Source: Halovenus sp. (GTDB lineage: Archaea > Halobacteriota > Halobacteria > Halobacteriales > Haloarculaceae). From it: 64,000 nt of DNA. Positions 48,826 through 59,167 of this stretch are shown one piece after another (within the stretch, counting starts at the first letter, position 1; each line of letters opens with the position of its first letter). The stretch lies in the NCBI GenBank assembly GCA_028275025.1, contig JAQCNM010000031.1, positions 2,078 to 66,077 on the forward strand, read 5' to 3'. The notes under the pieces were generated by a model. The model was given only the letters and a program-made list of their open reading frames with translations, was not told the origin of the DNA and did not search any database. The translations under genes and the position numbers were made by a program.

Positions 48826-49043
48826 TATACTGTCTACGGCACGGGCTCGAATAAGACTTTGCTCCACTCCACAGCTCTCGCTTGGTGTCGGTGAACAGAC
48901 ACTCGATTACCTGTCGTATGAGTTAGATGGGTTTATCTGTCCGGTTTCTGTATGCCCATTGTGTACGCTACCGAGTTGTACCGTACTGGTTCCTCTCGAA
49001 ACTGTCACAAATCGACCGTGTACCGACCGTACCGAGCGAAGCC

Positions 49044-50030
49044 ATGACGCGCCGAGTGCTCTACTTTACTGCGCCTCGGTCTGTCGACGTTCGGGAGGAG
49101 CCGGTCCCCGAACCCGGTTCCGACGAGGTGCTCGTTCACACCGAACGGTCGAGTATCAGCCCCGGAACAGAGCTGCTCGCCTACCGCGGTGAGATTTCGG
49201 CAGAGACGGCTACCGACGAGATGCTTGATGGGTTGGATGGCACGTTCTCGTACCCGTTCCAGTACGGGTACGCTGCTATCGGCCGTGTCGCCGAGACCGG
49301 GGCGGATGTCGGTGACGACTGGGTCGACCGACGCGTGTTTGCGTTCAACCCCCACGAGAGCCAGTTCGTCGCAGACCCAGACGCGCTGATTCCAACGACG
49401 CTTCCATCGAACCAGGCGGTTCTGATCCCGAACTGTGAGGCGGCCGTGAACTTCGTTATGGACGCTCGTCCCCGCATCGGTGCACGGGTCGTCGTCTTCG
49501 GGCAGGGGCCGGTCGGTCTGCTGACCACAGCCTTACTCGCCGAGTTCCCGCTCGCGGAGCTGGTCACGGTTGATTACGACAGCTCCCGGCGCGAGATGTC
49601 ACGCTCGCTCGGTGCCGACCGCGCGCTCTCACCCGGTGGACTCGACGATATCGACATCGACGCCGACATCTCCTTCGAGCTGTCGGGTAACCCCGACGCG
49701 CTCGATACTGCGCTGGACATCACCGGTTACGCTGGCGACGTCGTTGTCGGGTCGTGGTACGGAAACAAGAACGTGAGCCTCTCGCTGGGTGACGACTACC
49801 ACCGCAGTCACGTTCGAATCCGGAGTAGTCAGGTGAGCCGTGTCGACCCCGACCACGCCGACCGGTGGGACAAGGACCGCCGGATGGAACTCGTCTGTTC
49901 CACACTGGCGGAGCTCGATTTCCAGGGGCTGGTGACACACTCCCTGCCCGTCGAACGGGCAGGGGAGGCGTACGAGCTACTGGACAGCCGTGACGACGGC
50001 GTGATACAGGCAACACTGACCTACGAGTAA
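49044..50030 (+). CDS. MDR-family (Zn-binding ADH-like) dehydrogenase
   Basis: Motifs SSISPGTELLAYRG, YGYAAIG, FAFNPHES, VVFGQGPVG, VVGSWYG, IRSSQV. Confidence 0.88.
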   Translation: MTRRVLYFTAPRSVDVREEPVPEPGSDEVLVHTERSSISPGTELLAYRGEISAETATDEMLDGLDGTFSYPFQYGYAAIGRVAETGADVGDDWVDRRVFAFNPHESQFVADPDALIPTTLPSNQAVLIPNCEAAVNFVMDARPRIGARVVVFGQGPVGLLTTALLAEFPLAELVTVDYDSSRREMSRSLGADRALSPGGLDDIDIDADISFELSGNPDALDTALDITGYAGDVVVGSWYGNKNVSLSLGDDYHRSHVRIRSSQVSRVDPDHADRWDKDRRMELVCSTLAELDFQGLVTHSLPVERAGEAYELLDSRDDGVIQATLTYE

Positions 50031-50067
50031 CCGGTTGAACTTTGTGGCTGTTGGATAAAGAACGACC

Positions 50068-50445
50068 GTGTACTCGACAACGGTGCGTACCGATTTCGTG
50101 GCACAGCACTACCTGACTGTCCCCGAGCCGGGTCCGGAGGGCGACCCCCACTCACACCACTTCGAGATCGAACTGACCTTTCGCGGGCCGGAGCTCAACG
50201 AGTACCAGTATCTCGTCGATATCGACGACGCAAACGCCGCACTCTCGACACTCGCCGACCGGTACCGTGACCAACTGCTGAACGAACTGGCGGAGTTCGC
50301 CGACACGAACCCGAGTGTCGAGCGGTTCGCCCGCGTCATCTTCGACCGTGTGACCAGTATCGTCACAGACGAGACGGTGACAGAGCTGGCGGTGAGGGTG
50401 TGGGAGGACAGCCAGGCTGCCGCGACGTACGACGCCCCGATATGA
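50068..50445 (+). CDS. 6-pyruvoyl-tetrahydropterin synthase family (COG0720) protein
   Basis: T-fold motifs FVAQHYL, EGDPHSHHF, LVDID, NPSVERFA, VWE. No active-site Cys of QueD. Confidence 0.88.
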   Translation: MYSTTVRTDFVAQHYLTVPEPGPEGDPHSHHFEIELTFRGPELNEYQYLVDIDDANAALSTLADRYRDQLLNELAEFADTNPSVERFARVIFDRVTSIVTDETVTELAVRVWEDSQAAATYDAPI

Positions 50446-51509
50446 ACATCGGGCTGACTGTGTACGGCAGTCTTGACGAACGGTCGGGCGGGTTCCGGTA
50501 CGACCGCAAACTCGTGGAGGAACTGCGCCGCCGCGGGGACACCGTCGACGTTGTCGAACTCCCCTGGCGAGAGTACGCCCGCGGACTGCTCGACAACGCC
50601 TCTCGGACAGTCCGAGACCGTCTGGAGGTGGATGTCGACGTGATGCTTCAAGACGAGTTGGCACACCCGTCGCTGGTCTGGCAAAACCGGCGTGTGCGGT
50701 ACCCTGTGGTCAGTATCGTCCACCACCTCCGTGCGAGCGAACCACGCCGGCTGAGCCGGTTCTACCGGGCTGTCGAGCGCCGGTACCTCGGGACGGTCGA
50801 CGCCGTAGTCTGTAACAGCACAGTCACGCAGGATGCCGTCGTAGATCTCGGTGTGGACCAGTCGGCGACTGTTGTTGCACCACCTGCTGGCGACCGTTTC
50901 GACCCTGCTATCGACAGCGAGCGTATCGACGACCGGGCTCACGACGGGCCACTCCAGGTCGTCTGTGTCGGCAATCTCGAACCGAGAAAGGGTGTGGACA
51001 CGCTCGTCGAGGCCGTCTCGATGACCGGGGCCGACGTCGAACTGACGGTCGTCGGTCGGAGCGTCGATACGGCGTATGTCACCGGTATCCGCGAGCGTAT
51101 CCGGGAGCTCTCGCTCGACGGCTGTGTCGAACTGACCGGCGAACTCACCGACCGAGCGCTCGCCGAGACACTCCGCGCCGCACACGTCCTGGCCGTCCCG
51201 TCGCGGTACGAAGGGTTCGGTATTGTCTATCTCGAGGGGATGAGCTTCGGGCTCCCGGCTATCGCCTCGCGTGCCGGAGGGGCAACGGATATTGTCAGTC
51301 CCGGCGAGACCGGGCTGTTGGTCGACCCCGACACACCGTCGGCGGTCGCCCGCGCACTGACGACACTCGACGCCGACCGTGACCGCCTCGCCGAGATGGG
51401 GAGAGCGGCCCGACGGCACTACGACCAGCACCCGGACTGGGCCACGACAACAGCCCGGGTCCGGCGGCTCCTTCGAGAGACCATCTCGGCTCAGGAGGTG
51501 GTGGCGTGA
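50442..51509 (+). CDS. Glycosyltransferase family 4
   Basis: Motifs SGGFRYDR, VGNLEPRKG, PSRYEGFGIVYLEGMSFGLP. ATGA overlap with the PTPS gene. Confidence 0.92.
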   Translation: MNIGLTVYGSLDERSGGFRYDRKLVEELRRRGDTVDVVELPWREYARGLLDNASRTVRDRLEVDVDVMLQDELAHPSLVWQNRRVRYPVVSIVHHLRASEPRRLSRFYRAVERRYLGTVDAVVCNSTVTQDAVVDLGVDQSATVVAPPAGDRFDPAIDSERIDDRAHDGPLQVVCVGNLEPRKGVDTLVEAVSMTGADVELTVVGRSVDTAYVTGIRERIRELSLDGCVELTGELTDRALAETLRAAHVLAVPSRYEGFGIVYLEGMSFGLPAIASRAGGATDIVSPGETGLLVDPDTPSAVARALTTLDADRDRLAEMGRAARRHYDQHPDWATTTARVRRLLRETISAQEVVA

Positions 51510-52414
51510 CAGACGACTTCCAGCGGTATCTCCGGGCGAAAAGAACCGTCGACGACCGTGCGCTCGACCGCCGACTCGTCGCACGGCTCCGCGACTCGCT
51601 CGCCGGGCGTGTGGCGGACGGTGAGACGGTATCGGTACTCGAACTCGGTGCCGGCATCGGGACGATGGTCACCCGGTTTATCGAGTGGGACGTTCTCCCG
51701 GCAACGGCCGTCCACTACACTGCTGTTGACCTCAGGCAGGCAAACGTCGACGCAGTCAGCGAGCAGCTCCGAAACTGGGCCAGCGGGCGCCCCGTCACTG
51801 TCGACAGCGCGAACGGGAGAGTAACGCTCTCCGGAGCAGAGCGAGAGGTCACCGTCGAGCCGGTGGCTGCCGACGCGGTCGAGTACGTCGAGACCGCCCG
51901 GGCCGACCACGATCTTCTCGTGGCCGCTGCGTTGCTCGATATTGTAGACAACGTGCCGCTGTCGACGTTTCTCGATGCGCTCGACACCGGTGGACTGTAC
52001 TACTTCCCACTGACCTTCGACGGCGCGACCCGGTTTCGCCCACGTCACCCTCAGGACAGTGCTGTAGAGAGAGCGTATCACGAGCACATGGACACAAAGT
52101 CGGGTGGGAACAGTCGTGCCGGTGACTCGTCACTCATAGAGCTCCAGCAGCTGCCTGGTGTCAGTGTCGACGCGGCGGGTTCAGACTGGGTCGTCACACC
52201 GAACGACGACGGGTATCCGGCCGACGAGGCGTACTTTCTCGAGTTCATACTCGGGACAATCGAACGTGCGGTAGGTGAACGTGCCGAGACCACAGAGACA
52301 CTGCAACCGTGGCTCCGCACCCGGCGTGAACAGCTCGAAACTGAACAGCTCGTATACAGTACTCATCAACTAGATATACTCGGTCGGGTGGGCGACCCGG
52401 ATGCGTTTGAGTGA
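51506..52414 (+). CDS. Class I SAM-dependent methyltransferase
   Basis: Motifs RYLRAKRTVDDRAL, VLELGAGIG, DLLVAAALLD, FDGATRF, GSDWVV. GTGA overlap with the GT4 gene. Confidence 0.88.
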   Translation: MTDDFQRYLRAKRTVDDRALDRRLVARLRDSLAGRVADGETVSVLELGAGIGTMVTRFIEWDVLPATAVHYTAVDLRQANVDAVSEQLRNWASGRPVTVDSANGRVTLSGAEREVTVEPVAADAVEYVETARADHDLLVAAALLDIVDNVPLSTFLDALDTGGLYYFPLTFDGATRFRPRHPQDSAVERAYHEHMDTKSGGNSRAGDSSLIELQQLPGVSVDAAGSDWVVTPNDDGYPADEAYFLEFILGTIERAVGERAETTETLQPWLRTRREQLETEQLVYSTHQLDILGRVGDPDAFE

Positions 52415-52479
52415 TGGGGGCGCACGGCGAGTCAGCAGTTATCAAAAAACAAATGTTGTGTGCGGCCCTCGGGTAACAC

Positions 52480-53238
52480 GTGACAACGACCCAGATCTCG
52501 TTAGTTCAAATCGATAACTACGGCCCGTGGACGACGACCCCAGAACCACGGCGCGAGGTAGACCTGCAGACACTCCAGTCGCGTCTCTACGCCGACGTCT
52601 CACAGCTTGTCGGTAACAACGAGGGATACGCGTTTTTCAGTCGGTTCGACAATCTCGTGACGGTGACAAACGGGCTCGACAGGGCGGCACTCGAACTCGT
52701 GCAGGAGTCACTCGGGAACCGCTACCCGGTGACCGCGAGTATCGCGACAGGGGTGAGCGGGTCACCGGTGAACGCGCTCGGGACTGCGTCACGGCTGTTA
52801 CAGGAGGCCGGTAGCGCACAGGACAGCCAGCGTCGGGAGATTCTGGCAGGTGAACCGCTTCCGGACGCCGAGCGCACGGACGAGGACGTCCAGATCGCAC
52901 ACTTCGACGTCAACGACGCGACCGGAAAGTACACCGACGAACTCAACGAGTTCGATAGCTTCATCGAGATCGAGCGGTCGTACGCAGAGCTGATGCGGTA
53001 CCTGCGCACGGCCCACGAGTCACTCGCGTTTTTCGTCGGTGGTGACAACATCATCGCCGTCTGCTCGGATATGGACGCGGCGGATTATCACGACGCTATC
53101 GACCACGTTCACGACACGGCCAACGTCGAGTTGAAGGTCGGGGTTGGTCGGGCCCGAACGGCACAGACCGCCGGGATGACCGCAAAGCACGCCCTCGAGG
53201 ACTGTCGACACGACGGGTCCGTGGTCAAACTCGGCTGA
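52480..53238 (+). CDS. gch3: GTP cyclohydrolase III
   Basis: Motifs QIDNYGPWT, RREVDLQTLQ, RFDN, IAHFDVND, FFVGGDN, LKVGVG. Confidence 0.93.
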   Translation: MTTTQISLVQIDNYGPWTTTPEPRREVDLQTLQSRLYADVSQLVGNNEGYAFFSRFDNLVTVTNGLDRAALELVQESLGNRYPVTASIATGVSGSPVNALGTASRLLQEAGSAQDSQRREILAGEPLPDAERTDEDVQIAHFDVNDATGKYTDELNEFDSFIEIERSYAELMRYLRTAHESLAFFVGGDNIIAVCSDMDAADYHDAIDHVHDTANVELKVGVGRARTAQTAGMTAKHALEDCRHDGSVVKLG

Positions 53239-53821
53239 CAGCGGGACACGGCGCCGGAACACGTGGCCGAGTAGCGGCCCACGGGCCGTCGAGACTGTCT
53301 CCGTCGGTGACCCGACGCACCTGTCCGGCAGCCACTCCTGACCAGAGCAAACAGTCGTGTGACCGCCGGTCGCACCGACAGTCACCCGACCGGACACGAC
53401 CGCACCCGGCCCTGTCGGGTCGTCTACCCCGCTCTGGTGGTCTCCCCGTGTGCGGACCGCATCGTACTCCTCGGGGTATCTCGACGGCGACGAGTGTGTC
53501 TCCGACGACAGCCCGGTCGTCGAGACAGCAGTCCACCCACCGGGAACCCCTCTTTCGCCACCTGCCGTAGACGAGACTGTTGACGAACCGACGGTAATCG
53601 ATGTCGTAGAGGCCCCTCCCCCGTCTCAGAATACACGCCGACCGCACGCTCTCGTGGGGGCTCTCCGGGCACAGGCTACCGACCATCGCTCACCCCTCGT
53701 GAGCCACCGACCGGCATCCGTGATGTGGCCTCCCTCACCCGTGACTGTGGGTCGACCGAGAGGACTCCAGTTCACAGCCCGGCATAATAAGAAATATGTA
53801 ACAGTGTGATAACGTCACGCT

Positions 53822-54598
53822 GTGAGCCTCCCCAAAACCAACCGCCCTCTCCTGCGTGACCTCCTCCTGGGATTGTTTGCGGTCGGTCTCCTCGCGGCTC
53901 CGCTGTGGGTCACTGTGGTGGGGATCGACGACCCGACGTACACGTACGACCGCGCAGAGGTGGTGACGAACAGTACCGGAATCGAGTACGCCAACCCGGA
54001 CAGCCCTCCGCAGCCCATCCGAACGCGGCTGCGAGGGGGGCTCAGCGAGGATATCAAGTGTACTGGGCTGGACAGAGACAGGCGTGTCTGTGCACTCGAG
54101 AGGGGTCTTCTCGAGACCGGCTCTGCCCCAACCGGTATCTACACAGGTGCTGGCGGCACCCGAGATGGCCGGGCCGACTACCCGTACGTCCAGCTCGAGA
54201 ACACGGTTTACCAGACATCGGCTGTGGTCAACACTTCGGCCGAACTCAGGGACGGGCTCTACCGTATCGATGTAACCCTCGAACCCGTCGATGCCGACGA
54301 GGCTCTCTCCCGGGTGTCCCGTGACCCGGACAACGTCCCCTCGGTTGTCGCAGAGACCGCGCGGGACGGCACCACGAGGAGTAACGCCGAGGTCGACGTT
54401 CCCGAAACACCAGTCGAACTCGAGGACGGCACGCACTACCGGGTGTATCAACTCGGTGGCCCCAATCCGCCCTCGGCAGTAGAGAGTAGGCTTACAGACT
54501 TCCTCGTCTACGGTGGGCCGTTCGTCGGTATGTACGTTCTCATCCGGCTCCCTCGACGGTTTGAGCTCTCGTACGTCCGGGAAGGGGAACGTGACTGA
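53822..54598 (+). CDS. Hypothetical membrane-anchored protein
   Basis: N- and C-terminal TM helices flank an acidic domain with two Cys. Confidence 0.7.
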   Translation: MSLPKTNRPLLRDLLLGLFAVGLLAAPLWVTVVGIDDPTYTYDRAEVVTNSTGIEYANPDSPPQPIRTRLRGGLSEDIKCTGLDRDRRVCALERGLLETGSAPTGIYTGAGGTRDGRADYPYVQLENTVYQTSAVVNTSAELRDGLYRIDVTLEPVDADEALSRVSRDPDNVPSVVAETARDGTTRSNAEVDVPETPVELEDGTHYRVYQLGGPNPPSAVESRLTDFLVYGGPFVGMYVLIRLPRRFELSYVREGERD

Positions 54599-54867
54599 GG
54601 AGTCCGCCCCCGTGGCAGGGCGGTCTGCGGGCTGTTCGTCTCCCGTCCACTCCGCTATCCCACCCGTGTGGAACCACCGGTAGTCGGGTGGACTCGGTGT
54701 CCGTTGTTTATCGGCCCACGAACCGTCGATCACGAGTCGAGTCAGAGCTCCAGGGGACCTCTCACACTCTGGTGTTCGATACAGCGCCGCAGTTACCACG
54801 GCGAGGAAACCCCGTTGTTCACTGCACAGGGGGTAACAACAGTGTGGGAACCTACCTGAGCTGTGGA

Positions 54868-55455
54868 TTAGGTCCCGCGGTATCGGAGCGTCAGCAGTGG
54901 CACGAGGCTCAACCCGGCGAGTGCGAGCACCATCACCGGGTACGCGGTCGGAACGGTAGCGAGCACCACAGCGAGGGCGAGACTCACAACACCCGCGGCC
55001 CCGTAGATACTCCGTTCCGCGCTGTTGAGTGCCCCGCTCGTCCGGTTGTAAGCCGCCGGAAGCAGGTACCCACCGGCGTAGATTACGAGCCACGGCAGTA
55101 TCACCCCGAACTCCATCGGCGCTGTCTCCTCCAGTGGGTCCCCACCCGCGATGTCCGTCGTGACGAGTAACGCCGCAGCGATGTTGACGAGAATCCCGAC
55201 GACACTCGCCACGAACCAGTACCGCCACACCACGTTCCGGCCGAGCGACGCCGGAGTCGCCGGGGCGACGTACGCGACCACACCAGCCGTCAGCGCGAGC
55301 CAGAACAGACTGATTCCGAGTACGACGATATCGAGCGAGACGAGACTGCCGAGTCCGGCGCCCAACACGACTGTCCCGACCCAGCCAACCACCGCTCCAC
55401 CGGTGCTGACCTTCGTGAGTTCCGCGGTGTCGAGTCCGCCTGTCGTCGTTGACAT
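54868..55455 (-). CDS. Hypothetical multi-TM membrane protein
   Basis: About six hydrophobic helices from MSTTTGG. Confidence 0.7.
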   Translation of the reverse strand: MSTTTGGLDTAELTKVSTGGAVVGWVGTVVLGAGLGSLVSLDIVVLGISLFWLALTAGVVAYVAPATPASLGRNVVWRYWFVASVVGILVNIAAALLVTTDIAGGDPLEETAPMEFGVILPWLVIYAGGYLLPAAYNRTSGALNSAERSIYGAAGVVSLALAVVLATVPTAYPVMVLALAGLSLVPLLTLRYRGT

Positions 55456-55883
55456 ACTATTGTGCACGAGCGCCACGTATCTGCATCTTTCGCTCGAGAG
55501 TCCCGTACACCGAGTCGTCGCCGACCTGCCACAGACCCGTCCACGGGACCCGCTCGACCACTCATCCGGCAACAACGGAGCTGTATACCCTCATCCCACG
55601 TTCTGGTTCCGCGTTAGCCTGCAGTGTACCACACGTGGTAGGCGGGCACACCACCGCGTCTGCTCCACCCTCGCCTCCGCTTGCTCGGGCCGGTTTCTCA
55701 CCGACCCCTCCCCGGAGTCGCGGCCTCCCGCCCTGCCGACTGCTCTCTGTTTCGCTCGGATACGGACACTGTGTACGGTGTAACCATCCGTTGCTGTGAC
55801 AGCATTCCAGGGCGGTTGACCCCGCCAGGAATTGTACGACAACCACAATACTATTGCCCGGCCAGAACGTACTACCGGACACG

Positions 55884-57032
55884 ATGGATACAACCGGCCA
55901 GTCTGGAAACACCCGACCGACGACGCCCGGGGACCTCCGTTCGGAGGTACCGGTACTCGACGACGTGGCGTACATGAACTACGGTGCACACGGGCCGAGT
56001 CCACAACACGTCGTATCGGCGGCGGCTGAGTTTCTGGACCACCACGAGTCCGAGGTCCCGGCGACCGGCGACCCCTACGACACGGCGTTCACGGCCTTCG
56101 ACGAGACACGCGAGACGGTCGCCGATCTCGTGAACACTGACCCGGATACTATCGCACTGACCGAGAGCACGACCGCAGGAATAAACGCCATCGCGGGGGC
56201 CATCGACTGGTCGCCGGGTGACGTGGTGGTCCGGACCGACCTCGAACACCCGGCGGGCCGACTCCCGTGGCAGCGCCTCGAGCAGGAGGGTGTGACGGTC
56301 CGAGTCGTAGAGACGACAGACGGTCGGGTCGACGAGGAGACGTTCACACGGGCCGTTGCAGACGCCGACCTCGTCTGTTTCAGTGCCATCACGTGGACAC
56401 ACGGGACAGTACTGCCCGTGTCGGAGTTGGTCGACATCGCGAACGACGCCGGAGCGTTCACGCTTGTCGACGCTGTGCAGGTCCCGGGACAGACACCGAT
56501 GGATGTCTCGGCGTGGGGTGCCGACGCCGTTGCCGCCGCCGGTCACAAGTGGTTACTCGGTCTCTGGGGCGGCGGATTTCTGTACGTAGATGCCGACACA
56601 GCGCCCAGTCTCGAACCGCGAACGGTCGGCTACCGGAGTGTCGAGACGCCGACAGCCGACCCGTTTGCGTTCGCACCCGGTGCGCGCCGCTTCGAGGTCG
56701 GGTCGGCCAATCCCGCGCCACACGTTGCGCTGGCCGAGGCTATCGACACCATCACCGACGTCGGTGTCGCAACGATCGCAGACCGGATCGACCGACTGAC
56801 CGACCGACTCGCCGACAGTGTACCGGACGAACGGCTCCTGAGCCCCGCTTCTCCGGAGTCCGGACTCGTGACGGTCGACGTTCCGGACCCCGAGAAGACG
56901 GTCGAGCGACTCGCCGACAACGGCATCATCGTCCGCAGTCTGTCGTCTCCGGACGCGGTACGTGCGTCTATCCACGCTCTCAACACCGAGACAGAGATCG
57001 ACCTGCTCGCCGACGCGCTCGGCAGAGTCTAA
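55884..57032 (+). CDS. Class V PLP enzyme (cysteine desulfurase / lyase-like)
   Basis: Motifs YMNYGAHGP, ESTTAG, DLEHP, VDAVQ, AGHKWLLG, RFEVGS, VRASIH. Confidence 0.9.
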   Translation: MDTTGQSGNTRPTTPGDLRSEVPVLDDVAYMNYGAHGPSPQHVVSAAAEFLDHHESEVPATGDPYDTAFTAFDETRETVADLVNTDPDTIALTESTTAGINAIAGAIDWSPGDVVVRTDLEHPAGRLPWQRLEQEGVTVRVVETTDGRVDEETFTRAVADADLVCFSAITWTHGTVLPVSELVDIANDAGAFTLVDAVQVPGQTPMDVSAWGADAVAAAGHKWLLGLWGGGFLYVDADTAPSLEPRTVGYRSVETPTADPFAFAPGARRFEVGSANPAPHVALAEAIDTITDVGVATIADRIDRLTDRLADSVPDERLLSPASPESGLVTVDVPDPEKTVERLADNGIIVRSLSSPDAVRASIHALNTETEIDLLADALGRV

Positions 57033-57127
57033 CGGCGACGCCACCGTGTCGACCCGTCAGACGATATCGGCTGTCACGGCTCCACAGACCGCTGTCGGTG
57101 GGTGTTTCCCTCGGTGTCGAACTCGTT

Positions 57128-57673
57128 TCAGCTCTCGACGTGCCGGACCGCGAGCCCGGCCGCACAGACACAGTTGTTCTCGCACTTCGGGCACTCCTCG
57201 GCGGGGCGGTCGAACGGCTCGCGGTGAGTCGTCTCGTAGCCGTACCCGTCGAAGAGTCGCTCCGGGGAGTCGGGCCCACCGTGGTACCACGAGTCAGAGA
57301 GGAGACAGTCGACGCCGTGTTCGACCCCGATAGACTCCACCCGCTCGAGCAGCCGACTCCCGATACCCCGGCCGGTGGCGTCGGGCCGGACGTACCCCAT
57401 CTCGACGAGACCGTAGCGGTCGGCCGCGGGCAGGAGGTCGGGGTCGTCGAAAAAGTACATCTCGTCGGCGACGGCACCCGGGTCGTCGAACACGTTGACG
57501 GCCATCACGCCGAGTATCGACGCCTCGTCCTCCGCGACTCGAACGTGGTAGGTCGGGTCGTCGACCCCAGGGTCGACTGTGTAGGAACTCCCCTCGCTGA
57601 AGTGGGCCGTGATGAGCGCCTCCATCTCTGCGACATCCGCCTCGGTTGGCTCTCGAAACGTGATTGATTCCAT
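57128..57673 (-). CDS. GNAT acetyltransferase with Cys-rich C-terminus
   Basis: YVRPDATGRGIGSRLL and C-terminal ECPKCENNCVCAA. Confidence 0.8.
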   Translation of the reverse strand: MESITFREPTEADVAEMEALITAHFSEGSSYTVDPGVDDPTYHVRVAEDEASILGVMAVNVFDDPGAVADEMYFFDDPDLLPAADRYGLVEMGYVRPDATGRGIGSRLLERVESIGVEHGVDCLLSDSWYHGGPDSPERLFDGYGYETTHREPFDRPAEECPKCENNCVCAAGLAVRHVES

Positions 57674-57975
57674 TGAGATGATACACGGTCTGTACGGTCA
57701 AAGGGGCCGCGGATTCCGGTCGACAGAGCCGGTGACTGTGGTGTCTGTCTCGTTTCGACCCGCGGCGAACGGGGTGACAGCCACCGCAACGACCGGTTCT
57801 CCGTGTCCGGGAGAAACAGAGCTGTTCGGAAACCCAGAGACCGATGTCGCTCGACTCCCGAGCGGTGTAGAGAGAAACCACCAACCGCACGTCTGTGGGT
57901 CGAGGTGGTGTTCGTTGTCTCGCCGTGGCCGTGGAGCTCAAAAGGGATATCTACGGTCGTCCCGAATCCGACAGC

Positions 57976-58341
57976 GTGGAGAAGGTAAACCTGACAGAGG
58001 CGTTTGCCTCGTTCGACGAGCACTGGTCGCCACGCCTCGCGGGCGAACTCAACGGACAGGCGGTCAAACTCGCCAAAGCCGGCGGTGAGTTCGTCTGGCA
58101 CCGACACGAGGACGCCGACGAGCTGTTTCTGGTGTTCTCCGGTGCGTTACGGATCGAACTCCGTGACAGCGCAGACGTGACCCTGCAGGAGGGTGAGTTC
58201 GTGATCGTTCCACGAGGTGTCGAACACCGCCCGGTCGCCGAGGACGAGGCGGAGATCCTGCTGTTCGAGCCTCCCGAGACGCGCAACACGGGAAATGTCG
58301 AGACCGAGCAGACGAGAACGGGGAGAGAGACAGTCGATTGA
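57976..58341 (+). CDS. Cupin domain protein
   Basis: Motifs EHWSPR, GEFVWHRHEDADELF, VPRGVEHRP, TRNTG. Confidence 0.9.
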   Translation: MEKVNLTEAFASFDEHWSPRLAGELNGQAVKLAKAGGEFVWHRHEDADELFLVFSGALRIELRDSADVTLQEGEFVIVPRGVEHRPVAEDEAEILLFEPPETRNTGNVETEQTRTGRETVD

Positions 58342-58582
58342 CCCCGCCTCACGACGGGTCGGTCTGGTGCTCTCGAACTGCGGTGAGGCGTGTGCTCCCC
58401 GCGAACCCGCCAGGGTGTGTTGCCGTGCTCACATGGTTCGAGGGAGTGGCCCACCAGCCCCAATCTCTCCTGAACATGAACCCCCGACTCGCGCAGGATA
58501 ACGGTCCCAGACCGACCACCGGGGGGGTGACAACCGTACGCACAGCCGCGGGTCAGGCCACCGGGCACGCACCGAGCGGAGT

Positions 58583-59059
58583 CTACAGACCGACCACGAA
58601 CTCCGTCTCGTCGAGCCGTGTCGCGCCGCGCTCGACGGCATCGTTCACCGCGAGTTCGCTGGCCATCAGGAAAAACCGGTGGCCGCGTCGCGTCCAGGTG
58701 GCGACAGACCGCTTCAGAATCGCCGCGTACTCCTCGAAGCTCTCTATCACGACACAGTACGGCCCGAGGTCCGTTACCTCGACTGGTTCGAAGTACGCGT
58801 CGCTGAGACGCTCACAGACTGTCTCGAACGCGTCGACCGGTACCTCGAACCGGTACTCAGTCCGGTTGTAGTACTGCTGGAGGTCGTCGAACACGGCCTC
58901 GTGGTCGATGTACGCGGTGAACAGGTACTCGTCTCCCGTTCGAAACAGGAGCACTGGGTCGGGACCGATACCACTGTTACGGGCTGGACCCTGCTTTGCT
59001 CTGTCGATGTCCGGTGCCCTCCGCTGGTGACCACCGTACGCTGTCCCGTCTGTCGACAC
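58583..59059 (-). CDS. Conserved haloarchaeal hypothetical protein
   Basis: Acidic ORF with YYNRTEYRFEVP and FLMASELAVNDAVERGA. Start uncertain. Confidence 0.65.
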   Translation of the reverse strand: MSTDGTAYGGHQRRAPDIDRAKQGPARNSGIGPDPVLLFRTGDEYLFTAYIDHEAVFDDLQQYYNRTEYRFEVPVDAFETVCERLSDAYFEPVEVTDLGPYCVVIESFEEYAAILKRSVATWTRRGHRFFLMASELAVNDAVERGATRLDETEFVVGL

Positions 59060-59167
59060 CGGAACCGACGTCTGTCCGGCAGGCGATATCCGCCACAGTT
59101 CACCAGACAGAAACGACCCTCCTGCTTTTATGCCATGTCACGAGTAAGAAACAGGTGGGACAGACCA

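Noticed and set aside
53225-53809. ORFs in the gap after gch3
   Set aside because: Composition is atypical and no motif is recognisable. At most an unidentifiable remnant.
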